From Vicinamibacterales bacterium (GTDB lineage: Bacteria; Acidobacteriota; Vicinamibacteria; Vicinamibacterales; UBA2999), in assembly GCA_035646375.1 (NCBI GenBank), contig DASRPM010000104.1, positions 4,025-68,024 on the forward strand: 64,000 nt of DNA, in the 5' to 3' direction. The position numbers and the translations under genes were made by a program. This document shows positions 28,822 through 38,634 of the stretch, piece by piece. Numbering within the stretch: position 1 is the first letter of the stretch; each line of letters begins with the position of its first letter. The notes under the pieces were generated by a model, which had not been told where the DNA came from, did no database searches, and worked only from the letters and a program-made list of their open reading frames with translations.

Positions 28822-29726
28822 CCGACCAGCAACTGTTCCACGGTCTCGAGCGTCGGCACGCCGCCGAGGGCGCCGGCCTTCGTGCAGCTCAGCGCCGCGG
28901 CGGCGTTGGCAAAGCGCAGGATCGCGTCGGGCGCCTCGCCGCGGAGCAGCGCCACGATGAAGGCGCCGCGAAAAACGTCGCCCGCGCCGGTCGTGTCCAC
29001 GACGTCTACCGCGGGCGGCGCCGCGCGATACACGCGATCGCCGTCCAGCAGCAGCGCCCCCTGCGCCCCCATCGTCACGCATCGCAGCCGCGCATGCGGG
29101 GCGTCGAGCCGGCGCAGCGCCCGTTCCGGATCGGAGGCGCCGGTGACGGCCTCCGGCAGACCCTGCGCCAGGATGGGGACCGTCAGCTGGCGCAGCAGCT
29201 CGCCGGTGTGCGCGCCGACCCCCTCGAGATCGCACGTGACCTGCGCGCCGGCCTCGCGCGCGATGCGCGCCGCCGCGATCGACGCCGCTTCGTCCACGCC
29301 GTCCACGTGCACGGCGCGCGCATGCGTCAGCGTCGAGCGCGGCAGCGTCTCGGGTGCGAGCGCGAGGGCCGCGTCGCGCTGGCCCATCACCACGCGATCG
29401 CCGTTGCGATCGTCCACCAGAACCACCGCCGACCGGTTGGCCACCGGCCGCACGACGCTCTCGGCGAGATCGAGCCCGCGCGCCGCGAGTGTCCGGCGCA
29501 GCCGCTGCCCGTCGTCGTCGGAGCCGAAGGCGCCGATGTAGCTGGCACGCAGCCCCATCGCCACGCACGTGCACAGGGTGGTGACCACCTGGCCGCCAGC
29601 CTCGTGCGACGACGAACGGATCTGCATCTTGGTGGCCGCGCCGGGTGCGGGCAGGGCTGGCAGGCGCAGCACGTGGTCCACCGAGTTCTCGCCGACGCCA
29701 ACGACGTCCCACCAGATCTCCGTCAT
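28812..29726 (-). CDS. PfkB-family carbohydrate kinase
   Basis: C-terminal part of track ORF 28812..30539. Start at MTEIWWDVVGVGENSVD in an ATGA overlap. DTTGAGDVFRGAF motif. Confidence 0.85.
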   Translation of the reverse strand: MTEIWWDVVGVGENSVDHVLRLPALPAPGAATKMQIRSSSHEAGGQVVTTLCTCVAMGLRASYIGAFGSDDDGQRLRRTLAARGLDLAESVVRPVANRSAVVLVDDRNGDRVVMGQRDAALALAPETLPRSTLTHARAVHVDGVDEAASIAAARIAREAGAQVTCDLEGVGAHTGELLRQLTVPILAQGLPEAVTGASDPERALRRLDAPHARLRCVTMGAQGALLLDGDRVYRAAPPAVDVVDTTGAGDVFRGAFIVALLRGEAPDAILRFANAAAALSCTKAGALGGVPTLETVEQLLVGRV

Positions 29727-30532
29727 TCCGACGTCCCCGCGGCGCGGCTCAGTTCGTACAGCGCGATACCCGCGGCCATTCCCACGTTCAGCGAGTCCAC
29801 AGCCTCCGTCGTCCGAATGCGCGCCAGGTGCGTGCACGCCCCCAGCGCGCCGGCCGTCAGCCCCTCGCCTTCGTGTCCAAGGATCAGCACGACGCGGTGT
29901 GCGCCGGCGACGGCGACGACCTCCGACAGCGGCGGCGCGGCTGGCGAGGGCGTGAGGCCCAGGATCGTCCAGCCTTCCTCCTTCAGGCTCTCGACAGTGG
30001 CGGGCCAGGGCACGTCGGTCGCGAAGGGGACCTCGAGCGCCGCGCCCATGGATGTGCGCACCGCCTTCCGGTAGAGCGGATCGGCGCAGTGCTCGTCGAG
30101 GAGCAGGCCGTCGGCGGCAAAGGCCGCGGCGGCGCGAAAGGTCGCCCCGACGTTGTCGGCGTCGCCGACCCGCTCGAGCGCGACCAGCCGCTGCGCGCCG
30201 CGTGCCACTTCCTCCCAGGAGACGGGGGCCGGCCGCTCGCCGATGGCCAGGCACCCGCGATGGATGTTGAAGCCGACCACCGCGTTCATCAGGATCTGGG
30301 GCACGACATACACCGGGAGGTCGGGCCGGGCGGCAACCAGGTCCTCCACCGCGTAGAAGCCCCGCGGCGTGACCATCACCGACTGGGTGGCGAACCGGGA
30401 CTCGAGGAGGCGCCGGACCACCAGCCGTCCCTCCGCCACGAACAGACCGGTGTTCCGGGCGAACTTGTCCCGGATGGAGCGGTAGATGGTGACCCGCTCG
30501 TCGTCGATGTCGTCGAGGGACAGGACGGGCAC
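29723..30532 (-). CDS. TrmH/SpoU-family RNA 2'-O-methyltransferase
   Basis: GTG start. LFVAEGRLVVRRLL, GDADNVGATFRAAAAF, LILGHEGEGL, SLNVGMAAGIALYE. Confidence 0.85.
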   Translation of the reverse strand: MPVLSLDDIDDERVTIYRSIRDKFARNTGLFVAEGRLVVRRLLESRFATQSVMVTPRGFYAVEDLVAARPDLPVYVVPQILMNAVVGFNIHRGCLAIGERPAPVSWEEVARGAQRLVALERVGDADNVGATFRAAAAFAADGLLLDEHCADPLYRKAVRTSMGAALEVPFATDVPWPATVESLKEEGWTILGLTPSPAAPPLSEVVAVAGAHRVVLILGHEGEGLTAGALGACTHLARIRTTEAVDSLNVGMAAGIALYELSRAAGTSE

Positions 30533-30637
30533 CGGGCAATGGTAGCCCGCCAGATTCCTGGGACGAATGGTGGGACCAACGGCCGGCTCCACGGGATCGC
30601 CCTTGACCTCCTCGTAATCCCCGCCGATATTGGCCCT

Positions 30638-31762
30638 ATGCACCGGTTCGTGCGCCGCCGCGCCCTGCTCGTCATCTTTCTCGGCGCCACGGTGCTCGGG
30701 GTCTTCTCGGCAATCCAGGCCTACAACTACGTCGCGCTCTTCAGCGAGAGACCGCAGCCGCTCGCCATCCTGCTCGGTCTCAACATGTCGTACTGGTACG
30801 CGTGGGCGCTGCTGGCGCCGCTCGTACTGTGGCTGGCCCGTACCTACCGCTTCGAGCGGGGCAAGTGGGTGCGTGCCCTCGCCGTCCACGTGCCGGCGGT
30901 GATCGTCATCACCTTCGCGCACGCGATGCTGCTCGGCGCCGGCCGCGTCGCCACCATGCTGTTCCTCGCCGAGCGCGAGGTGGACTGGTGGCTGGGCGTA
31001 CGCGAGCGATTCTTCCTCTATTTCGACTGGGAGATGATGACCTACTGGGCCATCATCGCGGCGAGTCATGCCTACGACTTCTACCGCGAGTCGCAGGAGC
31101 GCGCGCTCACCACGGCGCAACTGCAGACCCGCCTGGCCGAGGCGCAGCTGCAGGCGCTGCAGCGGCAGCTGCACCCGCACTTCCTCTTCAACACGCTGCA
31201 CACGATCTCCGCGCTGATGCATCGCGACATCGACGCCGCCGACTCGATGCTGGGGCGGCTCAGCGACCTGCTGCGCCTGACGCTCGAACGCGTCGGCACG
31301 CAGATGGTGCCGCTCAAGGACGAGCTCGACTTCATCCACAAGTATCTCGACATCGAGCGGACGCGCTACGGCGAGCGGCTGCACGTCACGTTCGTCATCG
31401 AGCCCGACACGCTGAGCGCCTCGGTGCCCAATTTCGTGCTGCAGCCGATCGTGGAGAACGCGCTGCGGCACGGCATCGGTCCCAAAGTCGGGGGCGGGCG
31501 CGTGGAGGTACGCGCCCACCACAACGGCGAATGGCTGCAGCTGGTCGTCCAGGACGACGGCTACGGCGTGCCGGCGGACCGGCTGGATGCGTTCAACACC
31601 GGCGTCGGGCTGACCAACACGCGCTCGCGCCTCGAGCACCTGTATCCCGGTAATCACACGTTCGAGTTCCAGACACCGGCAGGCGGGGGCCTGGCTGTCA
31701 CGATCGTGATTCCGTTCGCCGTGGACGCCGAACTGATGGAAGAATCGCGGAGCGTGGCATGA
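30638..31762 (+). CDS. LytS/YehU-type sensor histidine kinase
   Basis: C-terminal part of track ORF 29645..31762, starting at MHRFVRRR. 4-5 TM helices, then LHPHFLFNTLHTI (His_kinase PF06580 type) and an HATPase region QPIVENALRHG. Confidence 0.85.
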   Translation: MHRFVRRRALLVIFLGATVLGVFSAIQAYNYVALFSERPQPLAILLGLNMSYWYAWALLAPLVLWLARTYRFERGKWVRALAVHVPAVIVITFAHAMLLGAGRVATMLFLAEREVDWWLGVRERFFLYFDWEMMTYWAIIAASHAYDFYRESQERALTTAQLQTRLAEAQLQALQRQLHPHFLFNTLHTISALMHRDIDAADSMLGRLSDLLRLTLERVGTQMVPLKDELDFIHKYLDIERTRYGERLHVTFVIEPDTLSASVPNFVLQPIVENALRHGIGPKVGGGRVEVRAHHNGEWLQLVVQDDGYGVPADRLDAFNTGVGLTNTRSRLEHLYPGNHTFEFQTPAGGGLAVTIVIPFAVDAELMEESRSVA

Positions 31763-32535
31763 GCAAGATACGGGCTCTGGTGGTAGATGACGAGCCGATG
31801 GCGCGCGACCGCGTGCTGGCGCTGCTGCAGCACGAAGAGGACGTGGAGGTGGTGGGCGAGTGCGGCGACGGCACGCAGGCCGTGACCGCCATCCACAACC
31901 AGGCGCCGGACCTCGTGTTCCTCGACGTGCAGATGCCCGGCCACAACGGGTTCGAGGTGATCGAGGCGGTGGGCGCCGATCGGATGCCGACCGTGATCTT
32001 CGTGACCGCCTACGACGAATACGCGCTGCGCGCGTTCGAGGTGCACGCGCTCGACTACCTGCTCAAGCCGTTCGGGCGCGACCGTTTTCAGCAGACGCTG
32101 CAGCACGCCCGCGCCATCCTGGAACGGCGCCGCGCCGGCGACCTGGGGCGCCGGCTGCTGGCGCTCGTCAACGACATCAAAACCGAGCCGGGGCCGACGC
32201 GACTCGATCGGCTGGTCGTGAAGTCCGGCGGCCGCGTGTTCTTCCTGCGGACGGATCAGATCGACTGGATCGAAGCGGCGGGCAACTACGTGCGCCTGCA
32301 CCTCGGCGAGGAGTCGCATCTCTTCCGCGAGACGATGAACCGCATGGAGGCGCGCCTCGACGGCCGCCGCTTCGTGCGCATCCACCGCTCGCGCATCGTC
32401 AACACCGAGCGCGTGAAAGAGCTGCAGCCGTGGTTCAACGGCGAGCACGTGGTGATCCTGCAGAACGGCACGCGTCTGACGCTGAGCCGCGGCTACCGCG
32501 AGAAGCTTCAGGAACAGCTCAAGCGCGGCTTCTAA
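31759..32535 (+). CDS. LytTR-family response regulator
   Basis: ATGA overlap. Receiver motifs VVDDEPMAR...DLVFLDVQMPG, and a LytTR C-terminus with FFRIHRS-like FVRIHRSRIVN. Confidence 0.9.
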   Translation: MSKIRALVVDDEPMARDRVLALLQHEEDVEVVGECGDGTQAVTAIHNQAPDLVFLDVQMPGHNGFEVIEAVGADRMPTVIFVTAYDEYALRAFEVHALDYLLKPFGRDRFQQTLQHARAILERRRAGDLGRRLLALVNDIKTEPGPTRLDRLVVKSGGRVFFLRTDQIDWIEAAGNYVRLHLGEESHLFRETMNRMEARLDGRRFVRIHRSRIVNTERVKELQPWFNGEHVVILQNGTRLTLSRGYREKLQEQLKRGF

Positions 32536-33062
32536 AAAGGCTTCGGGCGTCCCGCTTCGGGCTTCCGGCGCTCCTCGATGCGTCGCGCAATCTCCCATAG
32601 ATTGGGCGGATCGATGTCTGCGACGTCCACACCGTACACCTGTCGCGTGCGTTCGGTGAACCGCGACGGCTCGTCGCCCTGCACGAAATCCAAAACGGTG
32701 GAGTCGTCCGACAGGAAGTACTGCCTCGCGTCCAGGTCGAGGACGCGGCGCATGAATTCGGCGATGACCTCGGAGTGCTCGTCGACCCGGGATCGTGGCG
32801 CGGGAGTAAATCCAGGCGGCTCATTGGATCGCTGACTGTCATCGCCGCGCAGATCGAGTGCCGCGGACGTGTAGGGCGCAGAGAGCAATCCAAAACGATC
32901 GGCAGTCCACAAGACCGCCGCGGCGGCAGCACCAGCCAATGCCAGCTGCATACGCATCGACTCGGATCCGAGGAAGCGCTGTTCCAGTGCACTGACGGCC
33001 GCCAAGGTGGTCCCCGCGACACCCGCGGCCACGACGCCCCACCCGACTCGACCTAGTCGCAT
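32532..33062 (-). CDS. Hypothetical membrane-anchored protein (176 aa)
   Basis: C-terminal part of track ORF 32532..33659. Two N-terminal hydrophobic segments and an acidic C-terminal domain. Starts 2 nt after the GNAT stop. Confidence 0.5.
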   Translation of the reverse strand: MRLGRVGWGVVAAGVAGTTLAAVSALEQRFLGSESMRMQLALAGAAAAAVLWTADRFGLLSAPYTSAALDLRGDDSQRSNEPPGFTPAPRSRVDEHSEVIAEFMRRVLDLDARQYFLSDDSTVLDFVQGDEPSRFTERTRQVYGVDVADIDPPNLWEIARRIEERRKPEAGRPKPF

Positions 33063-33064
33063 AT

Positions 33065-33829
33065 TCACACGATCTGCCAGGAGCGAAACGCGCAGATGGT
33101 GCGAAACCCGAGCCGCTCGTAGACAGGAAAGCCCTCTTGGGTCGCCTGTAACATCGCCATCTTGGCGCCGCGCTCGGCGCCGGCGCGAACCGTCATCAGC
33201 GTGGCGAGCGCCCCCAGGCCTTGCCGACGATACGCGTGGCGCACGGTGATCCCGTAGACGCCGGCCACACCGCAGGGGGAGTGCAGGATCGCGGTGGCCA
33301 CGGCGATGCCGCCGCGCCTGAGGAGCAGGTACACGCGGTCCCGCTCGTGCCGGCTTGGCCACGCGTGGGCGGCCGCCACCAGCGCCGCCACGTCGTCGCT
33401 GAGGCCGAACGCGTCGCGAAACACGTCGTCCCACTCGCGTTGCTGCGAGTCGCTTTCGACGGTCTCGACGGTGACACCGTCCAGCTCGGGTTCGGGGAGG
33501 TCGGCGACCGGCGCGATCATCGCGGGGAACTCGTCGGCGAGGACGAGCCCGCGCGCGCGGAAAGTCTCTTCGATGTTGCCGGCGCTCCCCGTGCCGATCA
33601 GCCATCGCACGGGCAGCTGCCACGATCGCACGCGCGCGAGCATGGCGTCCACGTCGCATCCGGCGCCGAGCACGCCGTTGTAGCTGGGGTGAATGAGTCC
33701 GGAGCGAAACCAGGTCGCGCCGCCGTCCCGGCCCACCGCGCCGCCCGGCAGCCGCCCGAACTCCTCCCAGAAGGTGAAGTTGTCCGCTTCCATGGTGCGG
33801 ACGTCGTCCGGCATGACGGCGGCGGACAC
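33065..33829 (-). CDS. GNAT family N-acetyltransferase
   Basis: VAGVYGITVRHAYRRQGLGALAT acetyl-CoA binding motif. Confidence 0.8.
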   Translation of the reverse strand: MSAAVMPDDVRTMEADNFTFWEEFGRLPGGAVGRDGGATWFRSGLIHPSYNGVLGAGCDVDAMLARVRSWQLPVRWLIGTGSAGNIEETFRARGLVLADEFPAMIAPVADLPEPELDGVTVETVESDSQQREWDDVFRDAFGLSDDVAALVAAAHAWPSRHERDRVYLLLRRGGIAVATAILHSPCGVAGVYGITVRHAYRRQGLGALATLMTVRAGAERGAKMAMLQATQEGFPVYERLGFRTICAFRSWQIV

Positions 33830-33833
33830 GGTG

Positions 33834-34352
33834 CTACCTCTGCGTCAGCGCCTCGAGACGTGTGATCAGCGTGGACCAGCGCGACTCTTCGGCCTGCAGC
33901 GACTGCGACAGCTCCGTCTCGCGGGCCCGGGCCTGCTGCGCTTGCGCACTCGCGGCGGCGTGCTCGCGCCTGATCCCGCGGATCCCGTCCTGGATGGCGT
34001 TGCGGTGCGTCGAGTCGGAGACGCGGGGCAGCTCTTCCTCGAGGTCGGCCAGCTTCGCGGCCAGGTCGTTGGCCTGGAAGGCTGACGTGTCGAGCTCCTT
34101 GCGCGCGGCGTCGAGCTGCGAGGAGACCTGCAGCACGCGGCTCTGCTGCACCGACAGGTACACACCGAGAGCCTGCGTCTGGGACTGTGTCTGCGCGAGC
34201 TGCTGCACGGCGAGCCGCAGCTCTCTGACTTCGGCGGTCAACGCGCTCAGCGAGCCGGTGTCGGCGGGCTCGTTGCGGCTCTGACCCAGGACGGCCGTCG
34301 CGCCCCCGATGACGGCCAGCGTCAATCCAGTCAGTGCTAGTCCAGAGCGCAT
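33834..34352 (-). CDS. Secreted coiled-coil hypothetical protein
   Basis: Signal peptide, then Q/A/E/L-rich heptad-like sequence. Confidence 0.55.
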   Translation of the reverse strand: MRSGLALTGLTLAVIGGATAVLGQSRNEPADTGSLSALTAEVRELRLAVQQLAQTQSQTQALGVYLSVQQSRVLQVSSQLDAARKELDTSAFQANDLAAKLADLEEELPRVSDSTHRNAIQDGIRGIRREHAAASAQAQQARARETELSQSLQAEESRWSTLITRLEALTQR

Positions 34353-34372
34353 CGCTGCCTCCTTTGAGTGCT

Positions 34373-35194
34373 CTACTTAACCCACCGTCGCTCGGCCCCC
34401 TTGTAGGTGCCGAGCACGCGCAACATCTGCGCGAAGTCGCCGAGCTGCGCGATCGCCTCCGCGCACGCCGTCTCGTCGGCGCGTGCGTCGATCTCGATGT
34501 AGAACAGGTACTCCCACGGACGCCCGCGCATCGGCCGGCTTTCGAGCTTCGACAGGTTGATCTCGCGCACCGCGAACACCTGCAGCGCCTTGAAGAGCGC
34601 GCCCGGTGTGCTGGGGAGCGCGAACACCAGCGTGGTCTTGTTTGCGCCTGGCGCCGGCGTGCCGCCGATGATGGCAAAGCGCGTAATGTTGAACTCGTAG
34701 TCCTGCACGGCTTCCTGCAGTACTTCGAGTCCGAACACCTCGGCCGCCCGTCGCGACGCCAGGGCCGCCGCGCCCGACAGCTTCTGCTCGGCCACCAGCT
34801 TGGCGCCCCCCGCGGTGTCGTAGACGGCTTCGACCGTGACGCCCAGCCCCTTCAGGTACCGTTCGCACTGCGCCAGCGCCTGCGGATGCGAGTAGACGAT
34901 CTTCACGTCCGCGAGCCGCGTGCCCGGCAGCGCCTGGAGGCAATGCACGACGTCGAGCTCGATCTCGCCGGTGATGGCGAGGTCGTGTTCGACCAGCAGA
35001 TCGTAGTTGCGGTGAATGGTGCCGCCGATCGAGTTCTCGAGCGGGAGCACGCCGTGCGTGGCGCGCCCCTCGGCCACCGCGGCAAAGACGTCGTCGAACG
35101 CCATGCAGGGCAGGGTTTCGACGTCGCTCCCGCCGTAGGCGCGCGCGGCCGCTTCGCTGTACGCTCCCGGCTCTCCCTGGTAAGCCAGCTTCAC
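34373..35194 (-). CDS. pheA: Prephenate dehydratase
   Basis: GTG start in a GTGA overlap. YQGEPGAYSE, PLENSIGG, TRFAIIG, and an ACT domain with ESRP and WEYLFYI. Confidence 0.9.
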   Translation of the reverse strand: MKLAYQGEPGAYSEAAARAYGGSDVETLPCMAFDDVFAAVAEGRATHGVLPLENSIGGTIHRNYDLLVEHDLAITGEIELDVVHCLQALPGTRLADVKIVYSHPQALAQCERYLKGLGVTVEAVYDTAGGAKLVAEQKLSGAAALASRRAAEVFGLEVLQEAVQDYEFNITRFAIIGGTPAPGANKTTLVFALPSTPGALFKALQVFAVREINLSKLESRPMRGRPWEYLFYIEIDARADETACAEAIAQLGDFAQMLRVLGTYKGAERRWVK

Positions 35195-35649
35195 GCGCTC
35201 TCTCCCGTCGCCGTCGCCGCCGTGGCCAGCCGCGCCTGCATCCGGATCCAGGCGCCCGCCATCATCGCCGGCCCCGTCGTCAGCACCAGCAGTGCGCGGA
35301 TCCAGAAGGGCAGCACCACGTACTCGCCCATCGTGAACCCGTACACCAACGAGCACGTCTCGGCTGCCGCGGCAATGCCTGCGAACATCAGCTCGCGCGC
35401 GCGGGCGATCTTCGCCGCCAGGTAGCCCGCCAGCAGCGCCACCATCACGTTGGCGATCGCCTTGACGGCAAGAATCGACGGGCGGTTGAGCGCCGCGAGA
35501 TACGACGCCATGTCCTTCACGGCGTCGCCGCCCGCCGCGCTCACCAGCGTGTATTCGAGGAGCTGCGAGACGGCCGAGAAGAGCACGAGCGCGCCCAGGA
35601 TGCCGGTGATGCCCCGGGCCAGATCGACCGGCTCGGCCTGCCCGGTCAC
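35191..35649 (-). CDS. Hypothetical 4-TM membrane protein (152 aa)
   Basis: GTG start in a GTGA overlap with the rhomboid stop; hydrophobic throughout. Confidence 0.55.
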   Translation of the reverse strand: MTGQAEPVDLARGITGILGALVLFSAVSQLLEYTLVSAAGGDAVKDMASYLAALNRPSILAVKAIANVMVALLAGYLAAKIARARELMFAGIAAAAETCSLVYGFTMGEYVVLPFWIRALLVLTTGPAMMAGAWIRMQARLATAATATGESA

Positions 35650-36485
35650 GAGAGGACCGCGATGATCGCCGCGACGATCTGCGGCATGATCGACACCATC
35701 GACGCCAGCAGGCACACCATCGCGGTGAAGATGTGATCGATGCGCTCCGGTTTGAGCGGATCGAGCAGGCGTCCCGCGAAGTAGCCGCCCGCGAAGCCGC
35801 CGATGTGCGCCGAGTTGTCCACGCCGGACATGATGAAGCCCATCGCGCCGGCCGTCAGCGCATACGACCACGCCTGGCTGCTGGCCGCGCGGCTGCCGCT
35901 GCGGCGGCCGTAATAGACCACGGCGCCCAGCAGGCCGAAGATGGCCGCCGACGCGCCCACCGTGTACGACGCGCCGAAGAAGGGCAACCCTGGCAGGAAA
36001 AAGCCGATGGTGGAGCTGAGAAGGAATCCCGACACCGAACTGACCGTGTAGATGATGACGGTGCGGCCGGGGCCGTAGAGGTCCGCGGTGGCGGGCACCA
36101 GCTGCCGCACCCACATCATGTTGAAGACGATGTGCAGGATGTTGCCGTGCAGCCAGCCGGCGCTCAGCAGCGTCAGCCAGCGCCCCTGGATGAACACCGG
36201 TACGGCGCCGCTGTTGCCGAGATAGTTGAGCACTGGACCCGAGGGTGACAGCATGCCGCCGAACGACCCGCCGGAAATCGCCAGCGACAGCACGTAGATG
36301 ACGCCGCAGGCACCGACGATGAAGGGCATGAAGCCGACGTCGTGTCCGAGCGCGCGCAGCGCCGGCGCCCAGCCCCAGAGGCCTGGATTGCGGCGGCCGC
36401 AGTTGTAACAGGTGGCGTCGTTGACGGCTACGAGCACCCCGCACGAGGTGCAGAGGACCGACCCGCTTCGCTGACGTTTCAGCAC
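35646..36485 (-). CDS. Rhomboid-family intramembrane serine protease with an N-terminal zinc ribbon
   Basis: CTSCG...CYNCG; WLHGNILHIVFNMMW; GASAAIFGL; HIGGFAGG. Confidence 0.85.
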   Translation of the reverse strand: MLKRQRSGSVLCTSCGVLVAVNDATCYNCGRRNPGLWGWAPALRALGHDVGFMPFIVGACGVIYVLSLAISGGSFGGMLSPSGPVLNYLGNSGAVPVFIQGRWLTLLSAGWLHGNILHIVFNMMWVRQLVPATADLYGPGRTVIIYTVSSVSGFLLSSTIGFFLPGLPFFGASYTVGASAAIFGLLGAVVYYGRRSGSRAASSQAWSYALTAGAMGFIMSGVDNSAHIGGFAGGYFAGRLLDPLKPERIDHIFTAMVCLLASMVSIMPQIVAAIIAVLS

Positions 36486-36551
36486 GTGGTCGATGATAGC
36501 CTGTTACCAGCGCTCAATTGCCCGCCCTGCGGGCGGGCGAGCCGCCTATCC

Positions 36552-37130
36552 ATGCGCCTGATCGTTGCCCTCAGCGGAGCCACCGGTTCGATCTACGGCA
36601 TCCGCCTCCTCGAATATCTGCGCGACGCCGGTGTTGAAACCCACGCCGTGATCAGCCGCTGGGGCGTGCGCACGCTGCTGCACGAGACCAGCTACTCGAA
36701 GGAGCATGTTGAGGCGCTGGCCACGAAGGCCTACGCGCCGGGCGACATGGGCGCGGCGATTTCGAGCGGCTCGTTCAAGACCGACGGCATGATCGTGGCG
36801 CCGTGCAGCGCCAAGACGCTGGCGGCGATTGCGCACGGCGTCGGCGACAACCTGATTCACCGCGCGGCCGATGTCGTCCTGAAGGAGCGCCGCAAGCTGG
36901 TACTGGCCGTTCGCGAAGCGCCGCTGAGCGACATCCACCTCGAAAACATGCTGCGGCTGTCGCGGATGGGGGCGGTGGTGCTGCCGCCGGTGCCGGCGTT
37001 CTACACGAAGCCGCAGACGCTCGACGACGTGGTGAACCACACCGTGGCGCGGCTGCTCGATCAGTTCGGCATCGACGCGCCCGGCATGGCGCGGTGGAAC
37101 GGCGAGATGGGGACCGGCGGCGAAGACTGA
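36552..37130 (+). CDS. ubiX: Flavin prenyltransferase UbiX
   Basis: MRLIVALSGATGSIYGIRLL, MIVAPCSAKTLAAIAHG, VLKERRKLVL. Confidence 0.9.
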   Translation: MRLIVALSGATGSIYGIRLLEYLRDAGVETHAVISRWGVRTLLHETSYSKEHVEALATKAYAPGDMGAAISSGSFKTDGMIVAPCSAKTLAAIAHGVGDNLIHRAADVVLKERRKLVLAVREAPLSDIHLENMLRLSRMGAVVLPPVPAFYTKPQTLDDVVNHTVARLLDQFGIDAPGMARWNGEMGTGGED

Positions 37131-37145
37131 AGAAGGCTTCGGGCT

Positions 37146-38078
37146 TCAGGCTTCTTCCAATTGCTCACGCGCTTTCTCGACAGCGCGCTCGGCGTCTTCC
37201 ACCACCTGCGCGGCGTCGGCCGCCTCCGATGCGGTCTTGCGCGCGGCCTGTCGCGCCGCCTCGGCGGACCCGGTGGCCTTTTCGAGCCGCGTCTCGAGAT
37301 CCTTCTTGTCCTTCTCGACGCCTTTGAGCGTGGCCGCCGCCTTCTTCAGCGCGGCCTCCGCCGTCGCGGCGTCGCGTCTGGCCTCCGCCAGCGTCCGCTC
37401 CGCGGCCTTGAGCGCCGCCTGTGCCGCCTTGCGGCGCTCCGCATCGCGGGCCTTGGCATCGGCGGGGCTCACGGCCTTCTGCCTGCCCTTGCCGTTGGCC
37501 GTCGGACGCTTGTTGGCGTGAAACGCGAGCACGCGGGCGTCGCCGGCCGGACGTGCCGGGTTGTCGCCGGGGCCTCGCGGCGCCAGGGCCGAAATCGTCT
37601 CGAACCCGGGAGGGTCGACGTCCGCCGTCAGGCGGCCCGCCACGGGCGCGCCTTCGAGCAGCCCCTGCGCCGCGAGCCCCTCGAGGGTCATCGTCACGCG
37701 GCGCATCACGTCCGGGCTCGGCTGGTGACCCGATTCCGACAGGAGGGCGGACGCCTGGCGCGACAGCTCGCCGAGCGTCTCGCGCTGGGTGTTGAGCAGC
37801 TCGCGCAGGTTGGTGGCGTGGCCGGCCAGCTGCGAGGCCTGCGCCTGCCGGAGACGCGCGCCGCCTGTCAGCAGCCGGTCGAACGCCTCCCGATTCCGCC
37901 AGTAGAGCAGATTGACCACCCACGCCGACACGGGCGGCTTGGTGAGCGTCTTCACCCGGGCTGCGGCGTCCTTGTCCCCGGCTTTCTGCAGCCGCGACGC
38001 GAGCGCGTTCCGGGCCGCCGTGAACTCGGGCAGCGGCAGCTGAAACAGCCCGTCTACCTCGGAATTCTTCGTCGCCAC
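37146..38078 (-). CDS. Hypothetical protein with an N-terminal helical domain and an Ala/Lys/Glu-rich coiled-coil C-terminus
   Basis: Coherent ORF; LFQLPLPEFTAARNALASRLQKAGDKDAAARVKTL... Family not recognised. Confidence 0.55.
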   Translation of the reverse strand: MATKNSEVDGLFQLPLPEFTAARNALASRLQKAGDKDAAARVKTLTKPPVSAWVVNLLYWRNREAFDRLLTGGARLRQAQASQLAGHATNLRELLNTQRETLGELSRQASALLSESGHQPSPDVMRRVTMTLEGLAAQGLLEGAPVAGRLTADVDPPGFETISALAPRGPGDNPARPAGDARVLAFHANKRPTANGKGRQKAVSPADAKARDAERRKAAQAALKAAERTLAEARRDAATAEAALKKAAATLKGVEKDKKDLETRLEKATGSAEAARQAARKTASEAADAAQVVEDAERAVEKAREQLEEA

Positions 38079-38226
38079 GAGTGACCTAGTCTGTCACACC
38101 CCCTTCGTAGACTGTCGTTACGGGGCACCGCCCCGGGCATCCAAACAACGGCAGCCGGCCAGACCCGCCCCGCGGTTGCGGGGCAAAGAGACCAGCGTGG
38201 CCGGCAAATCGACGGAGGAGACGGTC

Positions 38227-38613
38227 ATGGCCCAGGTTGAGGCGCTTCAGCAGACGGATTCGGAACAGCAGCTCGCGTTGCAGGGCCTCCGGTGGCCGGC
38301 GCGGCGTCCCGCCGTGCGGGCGTTCGTCGAGGCTCCCGGCCGGCACGCGCCGATGTGCGCGGGGTGCCGCGCGAAGGAAGCGCGCTACGGGTTCCGGGCC
38401 GAAGGCACCGAGGCCGACGGCACGGAGCGTCCGCGGACCCTCTGCTTCGACTGCTTCCGCATCGAGATCGATCGCCGCCGGCGGGCGGCCGAGCAGCTGG
38501 CCAGGGGCTGGAACGCGGCGCAGGTGGGCTTGCCGCTCGAGGACACGCTGAACGAGCTGTCGCGCCGCCGCCGCCGCGCGCAGATCGCCGCCCGCCACGC
38601 ACTCGGGTTGTAG
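38227..38613 (+). CDS. Small Cys4 zinc-ribbon protein with an Arg-rich C-terminal helix
   Basis: Start moved to MAQVEAL, with GGAGGAG 6 nt upstream. CAGC...(32 aa)...CFDC. Confidence 0.5.
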   Translation: MAQVEALQQTDSEQQLALQGLRWPARRPAVRAFVEAPGRHAPMCAGCRAKEARYGFRAEGTEADGTERPRTLCFDCFRIEIDRRRRAAEQLARGWNAAQVGLPLEDTLNELSRRRRRAQIAARHALGL

Positions 38614-38615
38614 CC

Positions 38616-38633
38616 GCGGGTCTTTAGACCCGC
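38616..38633. terminator. GCGGGTCTTTAGACCCGC palindromic element, copy 2
   Basis: 8-bp arms between convergent stops at 38613 and 38635. Confidence 0.5.
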
Positions 38634-38634
38634 C

